Shown: in pieces, positions 31,912 to 41,764 of the stretch
Numbering within the stretch: position 1 is the stretch's first letter
Layout: every line of letters starts with the position of its first letter
Source: Pseudomonadota bacterium
Lineage (GTDB): Bacteria > Pseudomonadota > Gammaproteobacteria > JAKAQQ01
DNA: 64,000 nucleotides
Direction of reading: 5' to 3'
Assembly: GCA_021798115.1 (NCBI GenBank)
Contig: JAJZYM010000002.1
Location: 14,872-78,871, forward strand
The notes under the pieces: model-generated
Told to the model about the DNA's origin: nothing
Database searches by the model: none
Seen by the model: only the letters and a program-made list of their open reading frames with translations
Program-made: the position numbers and the translations under genes

Positions 31912-32769
31912 TTACGACAAGACCGCCCGGATCCAGGCTCCCGCTTTTAAAACGCCATTCCTGATCGGATCAAGCACGACGGTACAGGCATAAGTGCTGC
32001 GTGGCTCTCCATGGAATGCTCGCTTGAACTCCGACGGGCCATGCTTGGGATCACGCTCGACGCCTCCCAGATCCAGGATCGTGAACCCCCGTTGCTTGAA
32101 ATGAAGCAAAGATTCCCATAATGTCAGCTGTCCGGTATTCACAGGGCCACCACGCTCAAACGCACCCAGCCAGTAAACCGGATATTGATGGTTCAGAAAG
32201 AACATGCCACCAATCACCCGGCCAGAAGAACATTTCGCCACGAGCAGTGTTGTCAGATCAGTTCGATGAACGAGGTCCTCAACCAGTGCGCGCGGCTGGC
32301 GGGAGAAAGCTTTCTTGTATGCAATCTTGCAGTAGAGTGTCCACCAGGCTTCAAAATCGGTTGTGTCCGCAACTTTGATTGTCACGGCATCTTTTAGGCA
32401 CCGGCGGATTTTCCAGCGAGTATTGGATCCAATCTGTTTCCAGAGAACAGGCTCTGACGGGGTCAGGTCGATGGTCAGCGTATCCAGACGTTCCACCCTC
32501 CCGCATGCCGGTCCGGACGGGCACTCCAAGAGGTTGGCCCAGAGCCGGGCGACTTTGTGCTGCAACGCGGCATCGCGAAGCCGTGTCAAGGCCTCCGGGC
32601 CCGATCCCGGACAGTTGTATATGTCAAGAGTGGTTGCACCCAGGCCACCGACACTTGAGAGATATCCCCAATCTTCTCCAATCTTGACGCACCGCCTGCG
32701 GGTGTGGCGTGCGTACACTTCCGCAAAGGGCTGATATTGGAAAATCTCGAAGGTTCCATTCCATGACAT
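31912..32769 (-). CDS. GNAT/FemAB-like acyl- or aminoacyl-transferase
   Basis: TLTIDL..SEPVLWKQI..NTRWKIRR, LDLGG, EFKRAFHG. Confidence 0.75.
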   Translation of the reverse strand: MSWNGTFEIFQYQPFAEVYARHTRRRCVKIGEDWGYLSSVGGLGATTLDIYNCPGSGPEALTRLRDAALQHKVARLWANLLECPSGPACGRVERLDTLTIDLTPSEPVLWKQIGSNTRWKIRRCLKDAVTIKVADTTDFEAWWTLYCKIAYKKAFSRQPRALVEDLVHRTDLTTLLVAKCSSGRVIGGMFFLNHQYPVYWLGAFERGGPVNTGQLTLWESLLHFKQRGFTILDLGGVERDPKHGPSEFKRAFHGEPRSTYACTVVLDPIRNGVLKAGAWIRAVLS

Positions 32770-32783
32770 GGCGTTAGGTCACC

Positions 32784-33836
32784 CTACTTCCCACTTTCAG
32801 TTTGAGTGCGCAACGCGGAGAGTATGAATTTCACCATCCGCACCACAAAATCAGGCATGCATCTCTTGAACCAGAAGCGAGACCACTTCGAGAATCCGGG
32901 AATCACATCGTGCCAGAATGACAGGCAAGCGGTTTCACAGCGTGCAGAGGGTCGCAAGTCTCCCAGGGGGCCCTCCAGATAACCCAATCCAAAACGCAGG
33001 CTCCACGAGGCCGCCGAATACCAGATCCGGTACTGGCCGTCGGGCGCCTTGAGGAAGCAACTCCTGTAAATCATGCGGTTGTCCCATCTCCAGATGGAGG
33101 GCTTGAGCAGCGGACGCCTCGGGTTCAGGACAAAACTTCTCCCATCACCGGAATGCAGGAGAAAAAGACGGGTCCTCGAGTTGTCGCTCCCCTCGGGAAA
33201 CGCTGCGACCAGCATTTCATATCCAGACCCGGTGGGCTGCACGTCGACATGCCAAGGAACATGCCCAGGAATGTCCAGAGAACACGTTTCGGGACGATCC
33301 AAGTGAAACAGGTCGGCACCGGACCGGACGTATATCTTGGACCCTTCCTCCTGCGCAGTGGGATCCAGCGTGACCATCCACATCTTCCACTGCCGGCCTT
33401 CAACGACCAGGCTCGGGCAGGCCTCAAATCGACCTGATTGAAAAGCTTGTGGGTGAGACCACTGGCTTCCTGTAGTCGTCTGGATTACCGAGAAGACAGT
33501 CTCGCCGGTACCTTTTCTCGCTGTCATATAAACCAGGTACAGCACACCTTCGGCATAAACCAACTCGGTATCCGCATGATGATAGTGGGCATCTGATGGA
33601 GGTGGCACAACCGGATCGGCCAGTTCGGGAAACCGCTCCCATCGGTAACCGTCCTGGCTGACGCGCACCACCGGGTTTTCCCAGCGGTCGTTGGCAAACG
33701 GATACGGTGTAAACACCATCCAGTACGGGTATCCTTGAAACCCGCCCGGGATATGAACTACATCCGGATGGACATGCTGCACATGTCCGAGTTCATGCCC
33801 AACCTTCAAGGGGCATGGAGCGTTCAGGTTCGTCAC
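32784..33836 (-). CDS. Hypothetical beta-propeller glycoside-hydrolase-like protein
   Basis: HPDVV, YWMVFTPYP..ENP, repeated S.DG..W/F motifs, YRIWYSA; sits in a glycan cassette. Confidence 0.55.
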   Translation of the reverse strand: MTNLNAPCPLKVGHELGHVQHVHPDVVHIPGGFQGYPYWMVFTPYPFANDRWENPVVRVSQDGYRWERFPELADPVVPPPSDAHYHHADTELVYAEGVLYLVYMTARKGTGETVFSVIQTTTGSQWSHPQAFQSGRFEACPSLVVEGRQWKMWMVTLDPTAQEEGSKIYVRSGADLFHLDRPETCSLDIPGHVPWHVDVQPTGSGYEMLVAAFPEGSDNSRTRLFLLHSGDGRSFVLNPRRPLLKPSIWRWDNRMIYRSCFLKAPDGQYRIWYSAASWSLRFGLGYLEGPLGDLRPSARCETACLSFWHDVIPGFSKWSRFWFKRCMPDFVVRMVKFILSALRTQTESGK

Positions 33837-33847
33837 GAGTATCCCCG

Positions 33848-34774
33848 TTAGTGCAGCCAGTGCGTGAGATCACAACCCAGGAGATTCATCAGATTCAAGA
33901 TATCCGGTTCATAGGTAGAAATAATTTCTTGGCGAAGCGCCTGAGGCAGTTCAGCCCGCTGTGCAGCAAGGTTCAAGTTGATACTTTGCAGTGTTCCAAC
34001 GATAGGTCGGTGCAACCTGATTCTGCGCAGGTCGAAACCCAGACGGCTTTGGATTTTGCCGTTTGCAGCCCGCGCATGGGACAGCAACCAAGTGAGGAAA
34101 CTCTGAAGACGAGGAGAGTATACGTCGGCATAGGAATTGATCACGGGGAAAGCCTGCCTGTTATCAGGTTGGACACCCAGAAACTCCAGCGCTTCGGTGT
34201 ACACCCGACGCGGCGTCTTGCACAGATCTTCGTACAGGAATACTTTAACGTGCTCTCGGGGGAAAACACGAAACACGCGACTGAGCTGCTCATGGTAACG
34301 CGCCACCGAGCGGTAGTAGAGGAATTCTGGTGTGCGGCAGCCCAGCGGAATGGATTGACCACGACGGCGGATGGGTTCGAGTTTCCATGCAGATTCAAAA
34401 CTGGGAGCCGTTTCGATACCAGTCTGCCGTTGCTGGGCATAAAGGGATACCACCATCTCGTCAGGCCTACGTAGCAGAACGATGAGGCGCGCATCCGGCC
34501 TGTAGGTTGCGATCTCCTGTACCGCAACCTTGGAATACAGGTACCAGACGGACGCTTCACCCACAGCGTGGACATTCCGGTCCTGGTCCGGAAACAGAGC
34601 CTGATATTCCTCCCAGGTCCGGACACCGCGGTGTCCGGGTAGATCAAAGGTGAAATATTGTGGCTCCTTGGGGTCGCACATAAAAATATCCGGATGTTCC
34701 CCCAGGTAGACCCCAAGGGCCGTGGTCCCTGATTTCGGGGCTCCAATAATGAAGAAGTTAGGGAGTTGCGGCAC
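33848..34774 (-). CDS. PAPS-dependent sulfotransferase
   Basis: 5'-PSB motif IIGAPKSGTTAL, KEPQYF, GEASVWY, 3'-PB LRRP...VS; start GTG 34774 or ATG 34813. Confidence 0.9.
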   Translation of the reverse strand: MPQLPNFFIIGAPKSGTTALGVYLGEHPDIFMCDPKEPQYFTFDLPGHRGVRTWEEYQALFPDQDRNVHAVGEASVWYLYSKVAVQEIATYRPDARLIVLLRRPDEMVVSLYAQQRQTGIETAPSFESAWKLEPIRRRGQSIPLGCRTPEFLYYRSVARYHEQLSRVFRVFPREHVKVFLYEDLCKTPRRVYTEALEFLGVQPDNRQAFPVINSYADVYSPRLQSFLTWLLSHARAANGKIQSRLGFDLRRIRLHRPIVGTLQSINLNLAAQRAELPQALRQEIISTYEPDILNLMNLLGCDLTHWLH

Positions 34775-36092
34775 GGGTCCGGATTCCGAAAAACGGAATG
34801 ATCCACCATCCATAACGGTGCCGCAAGAATACCACCATTGCGATATTCCACCAGATCATGGCGAGAGACGAAGCCAATGCGGCTCCCATGGCCCCATAAA
34901 AGGGTATCGCAAACCAGGCGGCCAACACTCCTAGCAGAGCACCCTGCAGCAGGATCCAGAAGGCCGCCCGATGTGAGTTCGTCATGGCCAAGAAATACCC
35001 AACCGGCCCCACCGAAACATTCACCAGCTGTCCGATCATGAGGATCAAGAGTGGCCAACGTCCAGCATCAAAACCCGGGCCAAACAGACGTAACAGCAGA
35101 CGCGAATCGATGGCGAGAATGATGGCAACCAAGCAGCCCAGGATACTCCCACTTCGAACGGTTCGATTGACCAGCGCCTGCAATTCAGTCATGCGCTTCT
35201 GGGCATAAAGTTCACTAATCATCGGCGCAACTATTCCATTGATTGCGGCCAATCCAAACGAGATGAACCCTGCCAGGCGGACTGCTGGCTGATAATAGCC
35301 TTCAACATCCGGATTCCGGAATATTCCTAAAAGCAACAGGTCACTGCGGGCTAGCGTCATGTTCAGAAATCCCATGCCGAGCAGCGGCCAGGCTACGGCG
35401 AGCCACAGCTTCCATGGGTATGTCACGGGTTTTGTGTCACCCGAAACCCCACGATTGGCTGAATGGATCAACAGGTATTGCAACACAATGCCGGCTGCAA
35501 GGCCGATGACGGTCCCGACCAATGCCATCTCGACGGACAGGCGCCGGCCGTTTTCGAACCAGAGGAACCACACGGCGATCGCGATGCAGACCGGCCTCAC
35601 GAGATATTCGGAGACCAGTGCACGCGCGGGCCAGCCCAGACCCTGTAGCACACCCTGGTTCAGGGTGCTCAACGCTGTCAGGGGCACGAGGAGCGCGATC
35701 CAGCCATCGGTTGTCAATGCGATCGTGTTTAGGGGATCCAGTGACAGGCCTGCGACCAAGAGGACCGCACACCCGCTCGCAACGGTCATCACGATCAGCG
35801 TTGCTGTCCAGATCAACCGGGTCGCCAAATACCGTTTCCCGGCTACACGGTACTCTGGAAGAAAACGCATGACCGCAGCATCAAAGCCGAATCGTCCCAA
35901 TACTGCGACAAATCCGGCCAGCACGACCAGATACACGTATTGTCCGTAATGGGCAAGACCCAACAGTCGGGCCAACAAAACATTGAGTCCGAATGCCAGG
36001 CCTATTCCGAATGACCGCAGCAGAAGCACCGAGATTGTTCCCCGTGTGAACCGCTGTGTCCAAGAGTGGCTGTATTCTGACCAAGGTTTCAT
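34758..36092 (-). CDS. Wzx-type polysaccharide flippase (MOP family)
   Basis: 12 or more TM segments, LARLLG...YGQY, PMISELY, IPFYGAMGAA. Confidence 0.87.
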   Translation of the reverse strand: MKPWSEYSHSWTQRFTRGTISVLLLRSFGIGLAFGLNVLLARLLGLAHYGQYVYLVVLAGFVAVLGRFGFDAAVMRFLPEYRVAGKRYLATRLIWTATLIVMTVASGCAVLLVAGLSLDPLNTIALTTDGWIALLVPLTALSTLNQGVLQGLGWPARALVSEYLVRPVCIAIAVWFLWFENGRRLSVEMALVGTVIGLAAGIVLQYLLIHSANRGVSGDTKPVTYPWKLWLAVAWPLLGMGFLNMTLARSDLLLLGIFRNPDVEGYYQPAVRLAGFISFGLAAINGIVAPMISELYAQKRMTELQALVNRTVRSGSILGCLVAIILAIDSRLLLRLFGPGFDAGRWPLLILMIGQLVNVSVGPVGYFLAMTNSHRAAFWILLQGALLGVLAAWFAIPFYGAMGAALASSLAMIWWNIAMVVFLRHRYGWWIIPFFGIRTRAATP

Positions 36093-36779
36093 GGGCCACT
36101 CGCCTGCAGGAAGATCTGGGATAACTCAATCATTCCATTCTTCTGCCCACACATCGTGGACTGGACAGGCCTTCCAGCGAGACCAATCAGGGAGCACGAT
36201 GCAGTTGACCGTCTGCATCCTGCATCCGGATATCGTAACAAATCTTCTAAATCTCGCTGTCACCGAGAGATCTTGACGTCGCAGCAGGGATAAAAAAGGA
36301 AGGCCTCTGACGACGAGGCGATCCAGACGAAATGCCATGTCACGATCGAGTGGGCCACATGACGCTGCATCGGTGCGAGACCCGTGTGGGCGGAAGCCTG
36401 TGGATACGGGGCGTTTTGAGTCGAGCGGTTTGTTGCCGCGCAATCGCTCGAGCATCAGAAAGTCGGAGGCTGTAATGAGAGACCTGCGTGATAAGGAAAG
36501 CCCTGCCAATTGAATCCTTCGTCGTGATGCAACCCGAGTCCAGATTTCAGTTCCAGGGAGTCGCACTCGATGCACCAACGGGCCATTGCAGTCGCGACGA
36601 GGTGTTACATCCCTAGCCCCACTCTCCGGAGGCAGTTTCCAACCTCCTCCGGTATCTGATGCATCATCTACGCGGTCCAGTGCTCATAGCAGGAGGCTTC
36701 GATCCACGATCCGGGCTCCTTGAGCGAGTTGCTGCGGCTGTACCCAAGATGCCACTGCTCGTCCGGCTGCGGCGTAGAG

Positions 36780-37020
36780 TTGATCGGTTGTTTGTGGCCT
36801 GCAGCCTGGCGAATCTGTCCCTGGCACGGCAAGTGCTGTTGTGACCGACGTAAAGTTCGTGCACCTGAAATCCGCCCTGGATACACGAAATCACGATCAC
36901 ATACGAAATTTCGACACAAAATCGGCCCCATCAGGACTGGAGAACTGAATGTCCGACATCTTTCTCGCGAGATGCATCTGTATGATGGCTGTATGCATGA
37001 ATGGATCTGATGTTCCTTAA
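36780..37020 (+). mobile_element. IS5-family relic (transposase C-terminus and possible right end)
   Basis: RLFVACSLANLSLARQVLL-stop resembles IS5 transposase ends; GATCTGATGTTCC-TTAA at about 37004-37020 resembles an IS5 end plus target. Confidence 0.45.
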
Positions 37021-37194
37021 GTTGTGTCGCTTCCAACGACGAGGAAACAGGGTGCTCGTCTTGATCGAAACGTGCCCTACGGCTCTGTCTGAGACGGGGC
37101 ATTCTGACGAACCAGAAGAGCTCTCAAACGGCATCTGCTTGTGATCCAGTCATGATGCGCAGTTCCAGCGCGGCGATCCCCGCCTGCGATCCTG

Positions 37195-38205
37195 TCAGGC
37201 GCTCCCGATGAGGATGCCCGTGAGAAAGACGAGGAAGCCTCCGACGACGACCTGAAAGACGGCAGCCAGGAACGGGGTGTCCATGTAGCGCCGACGGATC
37301 CAGGCGATCGTGAGGAGTTCGACGACAACGACCGCGATGGCGACGCCAAGGGCGGTTCGGAACTGCGGGATCAAGAAGGGGAGGGTGTGGAAGAGCCCCC
37401 CAAGTGCAGTCATGATTCCGGTCACGGTGCCGCGGAACCAGGGGCTCCCCCGGCCCGTGATGAGTCCTGTGTCGGACATCCCCTCGGCAAAGGCCATCGA
37501 GATGCCGGCGCCGAGAGCGGCGGCGAGTCCGACCAGGAAGGTGCTCCACGTGTCGTGCGTGGCCAAAGCCGCAGCAAAGATCGGCGCGAGCGTCGAGACC
37601 GACCCGTCCATGAGTCCCGCGAGACCGGGCTGGATGACCTGGAGGAGGAGCTGGCGGCGGCGGGTTTCGGCCTCCCGGGCTTGGACGTCATGGGTGATCA
37701 GGGAGGATTCGAGCGCCTCGGCCTTGGCTTCGTGGACGCTTTCCTCGGCGGCGAGATCGCCAAGAAGCTTGCGAATGGCGGCGTCCTGGCTTTTCTGTGC
37801 TGCGCGCCTATAGAAGATGCGGGTCTCGTATTCGGCGGCCTCTGCTTGGCGGCGGATCTTTTCGATGTCGATCGGTTCCATCAACCACACCGGGCGCCGC
37901 TCGAGAAAACCACGGACGTCCTGGCGACGGATGAGCGGGATGCGATCGCCGAATTTCTCCTGGTAGAGCTCGAGGAGACGACGACGGTGGCGGTGTTCCT
38001 CCTCGGCCATCTGGGCGAAGATCTGGGCGCTCTCGGGGTAGGACTCACGGACCGCGTCGGCGTACTGTTCGTAGATCCTGGCGTCGTCTTCTTCGAGCGA
38101 GATGGCCAACGCGAGGATCTGCGGCTCGGTCAGTTCTTCGAAACGGAGTTTTTCGCCGCCACGGCGGGCGAGGCGGGGGGAGGAGAAGGCGTCGGAGCTG
38201 GCCAC
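37195..38205 (-). CDS. mbfA: Membrane-bound ferritin / iron exporter (rubrerythrin plus VIT1/CCC1 domain)
   Basis: LALAISLEEDD, EEEHRH, EESVH diiron motifs; QPGLAGLMDGSVSTLAP. Confidence 0.9.
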   Translation of the reverse strand: MASSDAFSSPRLARRGGEKLRFEELTEPQILALAISLEEDDARIYEQYADAVRESYPESAQIFAQMAEEEHRHRRRLLELYQEKFGDRIPLIRRQDVRGFLERRPVWLMEPIDIEKIRRQAEAAEYETRIFYRRAAQKSQDAAIRKLLGDLAAEESVHEAKAEALESSLITHDVQAREAETRRRQLLLQVIQPGLAGLMDGSVSTLAPIFAAALATHDTWSTFLVGLAAALGAGISMAFAEGMSDTGLITGRGSPWFRGTVTGIMTALGGLFHTLPFLIPQFRTALGVAIAVVVVELLTIAWIRRRYMDTPFLAAVFQVVVGGFLVFLTGILIGSA

Positions 38206-38235
38206 GGTTACGGTTCCTCACCGTCGGTCGTCCCC

Positions 38236-38264
38236 ATGGTAGGGATCAGAAGAAGGGTTGTCAA
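38236..38264 (-). promoter_or_regulatory. Sigma70 promoter of mbfA
   Basis: TTGACA-N17-TACCAT on the minus strand, 30 nt before the start. Confidence 0.7.
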
Positions 38265-38599
38265 CACAGGGCGGGCCACTCTTTTTTCTCTGGGTCTGTA
38301 GGGGGGCGGGCTCCCCGGCATCCTCCGGGATTGCTGCGAGCCGCTCGTGGGTTCAGGAGGGGCCTCGGTCCGTCTCTCGCTTCCCGGGGGGCGCTTCCCG
38401 GGGGGTGCAACGCCCTCCGTGGGACTTTCGGGCCAGCCGGCTCACGAACCGCCTTCCGTTCCATCCCCCGCGATCGCTCGGGCTCTCTCGCAGTTCTCCT
38501 GTAGGCGGCAGGGGGGGCCTCTTCGGGATTGCGCTTCACGGTATTACGTCGTTCCCGGTTATTCTATGGCCTGCCCCAACCGGAGCCGAGGATGTGAGC

Positions 38600-40549
38600 G
38601 TGCCCCGCTCCCATGCGCCACAAGAAATTTCGTCCAGAGAAACCGGCCTCCGAAGCGCCGGCGAGCGGCTCGCGGCCGCCGAGCCCGCGCGTGCGGCGGA
38701 AATCCTGGCCGCCCGTATCAATGGGACGATCCGCGACCTCGCGGCTCCCGTGGCGCCGGAGGACGAAGTCGCTCCCGTGCGTCCGGGGGATCCGGAAGGG
38801 CTTGAAATCCTCCGCCACTCCTCGGCGCATCTTCTTGCGCAGGCTCTGAAGGAACTCTACCCCGGAACGCGTCTCGGAGTCGGTCCGGCCATCGAGGACG
38901 GGTTCTACTACGACGTCGAGACGCCGGTGCCCCTGAGCGACGAGGATCTTCCAAAGATCGAAGAGCGCATGCGCGCGATCGCCCGGGCCGCGCTTCCCGT
39001 CCGCCGCGAGGAGCTCACGCGGGCTCAGGCCGAGAGCCTCATGAACGAGCGGGGCGAGACCTACAAGCTCGAGATCCTCCGCGAGCTTCCGGAGGACGCC
39101 GTCATCAGCGTTTACCGCCAGGGTGATTTCGTCGATCTCTGCCGCGGTCCGCATGTGCCCGACACGGGGCGTCTCAAGGTCTTCCGCCTGACCAAGCTCG
39201 CCGGCGCCTACTGGAGAGGCGACAACCGCCGGGCGATGCTGACGCGCATTTACGGGACGGCTTGGGCGCGGGAGGAAGATCTCGAGGCTTATCTCACCCG
39301 TCTCGCCGAGGCCGAAAAACGCGATCACCGCCGTCTCGGTCGGCTCATGGACCTCTTCCATCTCCAGGAGGAGGCGCCGGGGATGGTCTTCTGGCACGAG
39401 CGCGGCTGGGTACTCTACCGCTTGGTGGAGGATTACGTGCGTGGGCGTCTTTCCGAACACGGCTACGCGGAGGTGCACACCCCGATGCTCCTCGACCGGA
39501 GCCTCTGGGAACGCTCGGGGCACGCCGAGAAGTTCGCGACCCAAATGTTCGTGACCGGCTCGGAGAATCGGGAGTTTGCGGTCAAGCCCATGAACTGCCC
39601 GGCCCACGTCCAGATCTTCAACCAGGGCCTTCGGAGTTACCGTGAGCTCCCCCTCCGCCTCGCCGAGTTCGGGGTCTGCCACCGCAACGAGCCTTCGGGG
39701 ACGCTCCACGGGCTTCTCCGGGTGCGGAGCTTCGTCCAGGACGACGCCCACATCTTCTGTACGCCCGAGCAGATCGAGCCGGAAGTCGGGGCGTTCATCG
39801 ATCTTCTCTTTTCCGTCTACCGCGACTTCGGCTTCGAGGACATCACGATCAAGCTCTCGACGCGCCCCGAGGCACGCGTGGGCGACGATCGGCTCTGGGA
39901 CCGTGCCGAGCAGGCGCTCGCCGGGGTCCTCGAGCGCAAGGGTCTCGGCTACGACCTCCAGCCGGGGGAGGGGGCCTTCTACGGCCCCAAGATCGAGTTC
40001 TCGCTCCGCGACTGTCTCGGACGGGTCTGGCAGTGCGGGACCATGCAGCTCGATTTCTTCCTTCCCGCCCGCCTCGGCGCCTCGTACGTGACGGAGAAGG
40101 GCGAGAAGGAGACCCCGGTCATGCTGCACCGGGCGATCCTGGGCTCCCTCGAGCGCTTCATCGGAGTGCTCCTCGAGCACTACGCGGGGGTGCTCCCCCT
40201 CTGGCTGGCCCCCACCCAGGCGGCCGTCCTCACGATCACCAGCCGCCAGGACGCCTACGCCCGCTCCGTGGTCGCCCGCCTTGAGGCGGCGGGGCTCCGC
40301 ACCTTCGCCGACTTGAGAAATGAGAAGATTGGGCTTAAAATTCGCGAGCGCACTCTGGAACGCATTCCATACCTCCTTGTCGTGGGGGGGCAGGAGGAGA
40401 GCTCAGGCTCCGTCAGCGTGCGTACCCACGACGGTCGCAACTTGGGAGTACTCACCCTGGACAACGTCATCGACGTCTTGACGCGCGAAGCCCGTCCGCG
40501 CACACCCCAAAACGACGGCGCGGCGGGAGGGCGCGAGCATCGCCTCTGA
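38600..40549 (+). CDS. thrS: Threonine--tRNA ligase
   Basis: RHSSAH, DLCRGPH, KPMNCP, AFYGPK, MLHRA; start GTG 38594 or 38600. Confidence 0.97.
   Translation: MPRSHAPQEISSRETGLRSAGERLAAAEPARAAEILAARINGTIRDLAAPVAPEDEVAPVRPGDPEGLEILRHSSAHLLAQALKELYPGTRLGVGPAIEDGFYYDVETPVPLSDEDLPKIEERMRAIARAALPVRREELTRAQAESLMNERGETYKLEILRELPEDAVISVYRQGDFVDLCRGPHVPDTGRLKVFRLTKLAGAYWRGDNRRAMLTRIYGTAWAREEDLEAYLTRLAEAEKRDHRRLGRLMDLFHLQEEAPGMVFWHERGWVLYRLVEDYVRGRLSEHGYAEVHTPMLLDRSLWERSGHAEKFATQMFVTGSENREFAVKPMNCPAHVQIFNQGLRSYRELPLRLAEFGVCHRNEPSGTLHGLLRVRSFVQDDAHIFCTPEQIEPEVGAFIDLLFSVYRDFGFEDITIKLSTRPEARVGDDRLWDRAEQALAGVLERKGLGYDLQPGEGAFYGPKIEFSLRDCLGRVWQCGTMQLDFFLPARLGASYVTEKGEKETPVMLHRAILGSLERFIGVLLEHYAGVLPLWLAPTQAAVLTITSRQDAYARSVVARLEAAGLRTFADLRNEKIGLKIRERTLERIPYLLVVGGQEESSGSVSVRTHDGRNLGVLTLDNVIDVLTREARPRTPQNDGAAGGREHRL
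40313..40341 (+). promoter_or_regulatory. Internal promoter within thrS driving infC
   Basis: TTGAGA-N17-TAAAAT in an AT-shifted codon patch about 200 nt upstream of infC. Confidence 0.7.
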
Positions 40550-41060
40550 AAAACGCACCCGCCGAAACGGCGAAATCACCGCGCCCCGTGTGCGGGTCAT
40601 AGGATCGAACGGAGAACAGGTCGGGATTCTTTCCATTCGCGACGCCCTCCAGGCCGCGGAACGGGAGGGGCTCGATCTCGTGGAAGTCTCGCCGACGACC
40701 GATCCTCCCGTCTGCCGGGTCATGGACTTCGGCAAGTACCAGTTCGAGGTCAACAAGAAGCAGCAGGCGAGCCGCCGGCGGCAGCGTCAGGTCCAGGTGA
40801 AGGAGATCAAGATCCGGCCGGCTACCGACGAAAACGATTTTCAGGTTAAACTACGCAGTCTCCAGAGGTTTCTGGCCGAAGGGGACAAGGCCAAGGTCAC
40901 GCTCCGCTTCCGCGGGCGCGAACTGGCCCACCAGGAGCTCGGGATTCAGCTGCTCGATCGCATCCGCACGGAACTCGAACCGATCGCGGGGGTGGAGCAG
41001 CAGCCAAGGCTCGAAGGCCGACAGATGGTCATGGTCTTCAGCCCGCGCAAGAAGTCCTGA
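40539..41060 (+). CDS. infC: Translation initiation factor IF-3 (ATC start)
   Basis: [36 protein letters not shown] 8 nt before an in-frame ATC at 40539. Confidence 0.96.
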   Translation: MASEKRTRRNGEITAPRVRVIGSNGEQVGILSIRDALQAAEREGLDLVEVSPTTDPPVCRVMDFGKYQFEVNKKQQASRRRQRQVQVKEIKIRPATDENDFQVKLRSLQRFLAEGDKAKVTLRFRGRELAHQELGIQLLDRIRTELEPIAGVEQQPRLEGRQMVMVFSPRKKS

Positions 41061-41075
41061 GCGCAAGAGCAAAAA

Positions 41076-41098
41076 GCGTCCCGACTCGTTCGGGACGC
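41076..41098. repeat. Hairpin between infC and rpmI
   Basis: GCGTCCCGA/TCGGGACGC 9-bp stem preceded by A5. Confidence 0.5.
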
Positions 41099-41161
41099 CG
41101 GTCCGGCAACCAACGGCGGATCTTGAAGTCCGCGGCCGACCCGACATCGTGGAGAACGACC

Positions 41162-41359
41162 GTGCCCAAACTCAAAACGAACCGTGGAGCGGCCAAGCGC
41201 TTTCGCGCCACCGCGGGCGGCTTCAAGTGCCGCGCCTCGCACCGCAATCACATCCTGACCAAGAAGCCGTCGAAGCGCAAGCGCCAGCTGCGCCGTCCCG
41301 ATCACATCGATCCGACGGACGTCGGGCGCCTGCGCCCGCTTCTTCCCTACGTCCGCTGA
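41162..41359 (+). CDS. rpmI: 50S ribosomal protein L35
   Basis: [14 protein letters not shown]...HILTKK. Confidence 0.97.
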   Translation: MPKLKTNRGAAKRFRATAGGFKCRASHRNHILTKKPSKRKRQLRRPDHIDPTDVGRLRPLLPYVR

Positions 41360-41371
41360 GGAGGTCCGAGC

Positions 41372-41737
41372 ATGGCACGCGTCAAGCGCGGGGTCCAGTC
41401 CCGGGCCCGTCACAAAAAGGTTCTCGAGCAGGCCAAGGGCTACTACGGCGCCCGTAGCCGCACGATCAAGGTGGCGCGTCAGGCCGTCCTCAAGGCCGGC
41501 CAGTACGCCTACCGCGACCGCCGCCAGCGTAAGCGGCAGTTCCGTGCTCTGTGGATCGTGCGCATCAACGCCGGGGCCCGCGCGTCGGGGCTCTCGTACA
41601 GCCGCTTCATGAACGGTCTTGCGCTGGCGGGTGTGTCCCTCGACCGCAAGGTCCTGGCCGAGCTCGCCTACGATCGTCCGGAGGATTTCGCGCGCCTGGC
41701 CGAAGAGGCGAAGCGCGCCCTCGACGAACGCCGCTGA
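41372..41737 (+). CDS. rplT: 50S ribosomal protein L20
   Basis: MARVKRG...AKGYYGAR...YAYRDR...LWIVRINA. Confidence 0.98.
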   Translation: MARVKRGVQSRARHKKVLEQAKGYYGARSRTIKVARQAVLKAGQYAYRDRRQRKRQFRALWIVRINAGARASGLSYSRFMNGLALAGVSLDRKVLAELAYDRPEDFARLAEEAKRALDERR

Positions 41738-41764
41738 AAGGCGGCGGCGTCCGGGCTCGAGCCT

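Noticed and set aside
36126..36780. Short ORFs upstream of wzx
   Set aside because: No recognisable motifs or ribosome-binding sites; probably decayed mobile DNA
38378..38405. 14-bp tandem duplication CGCTTCCCGGGGGG in the mbfA-thrS intergenic region
   Set aside because: Only two copies and no evident function
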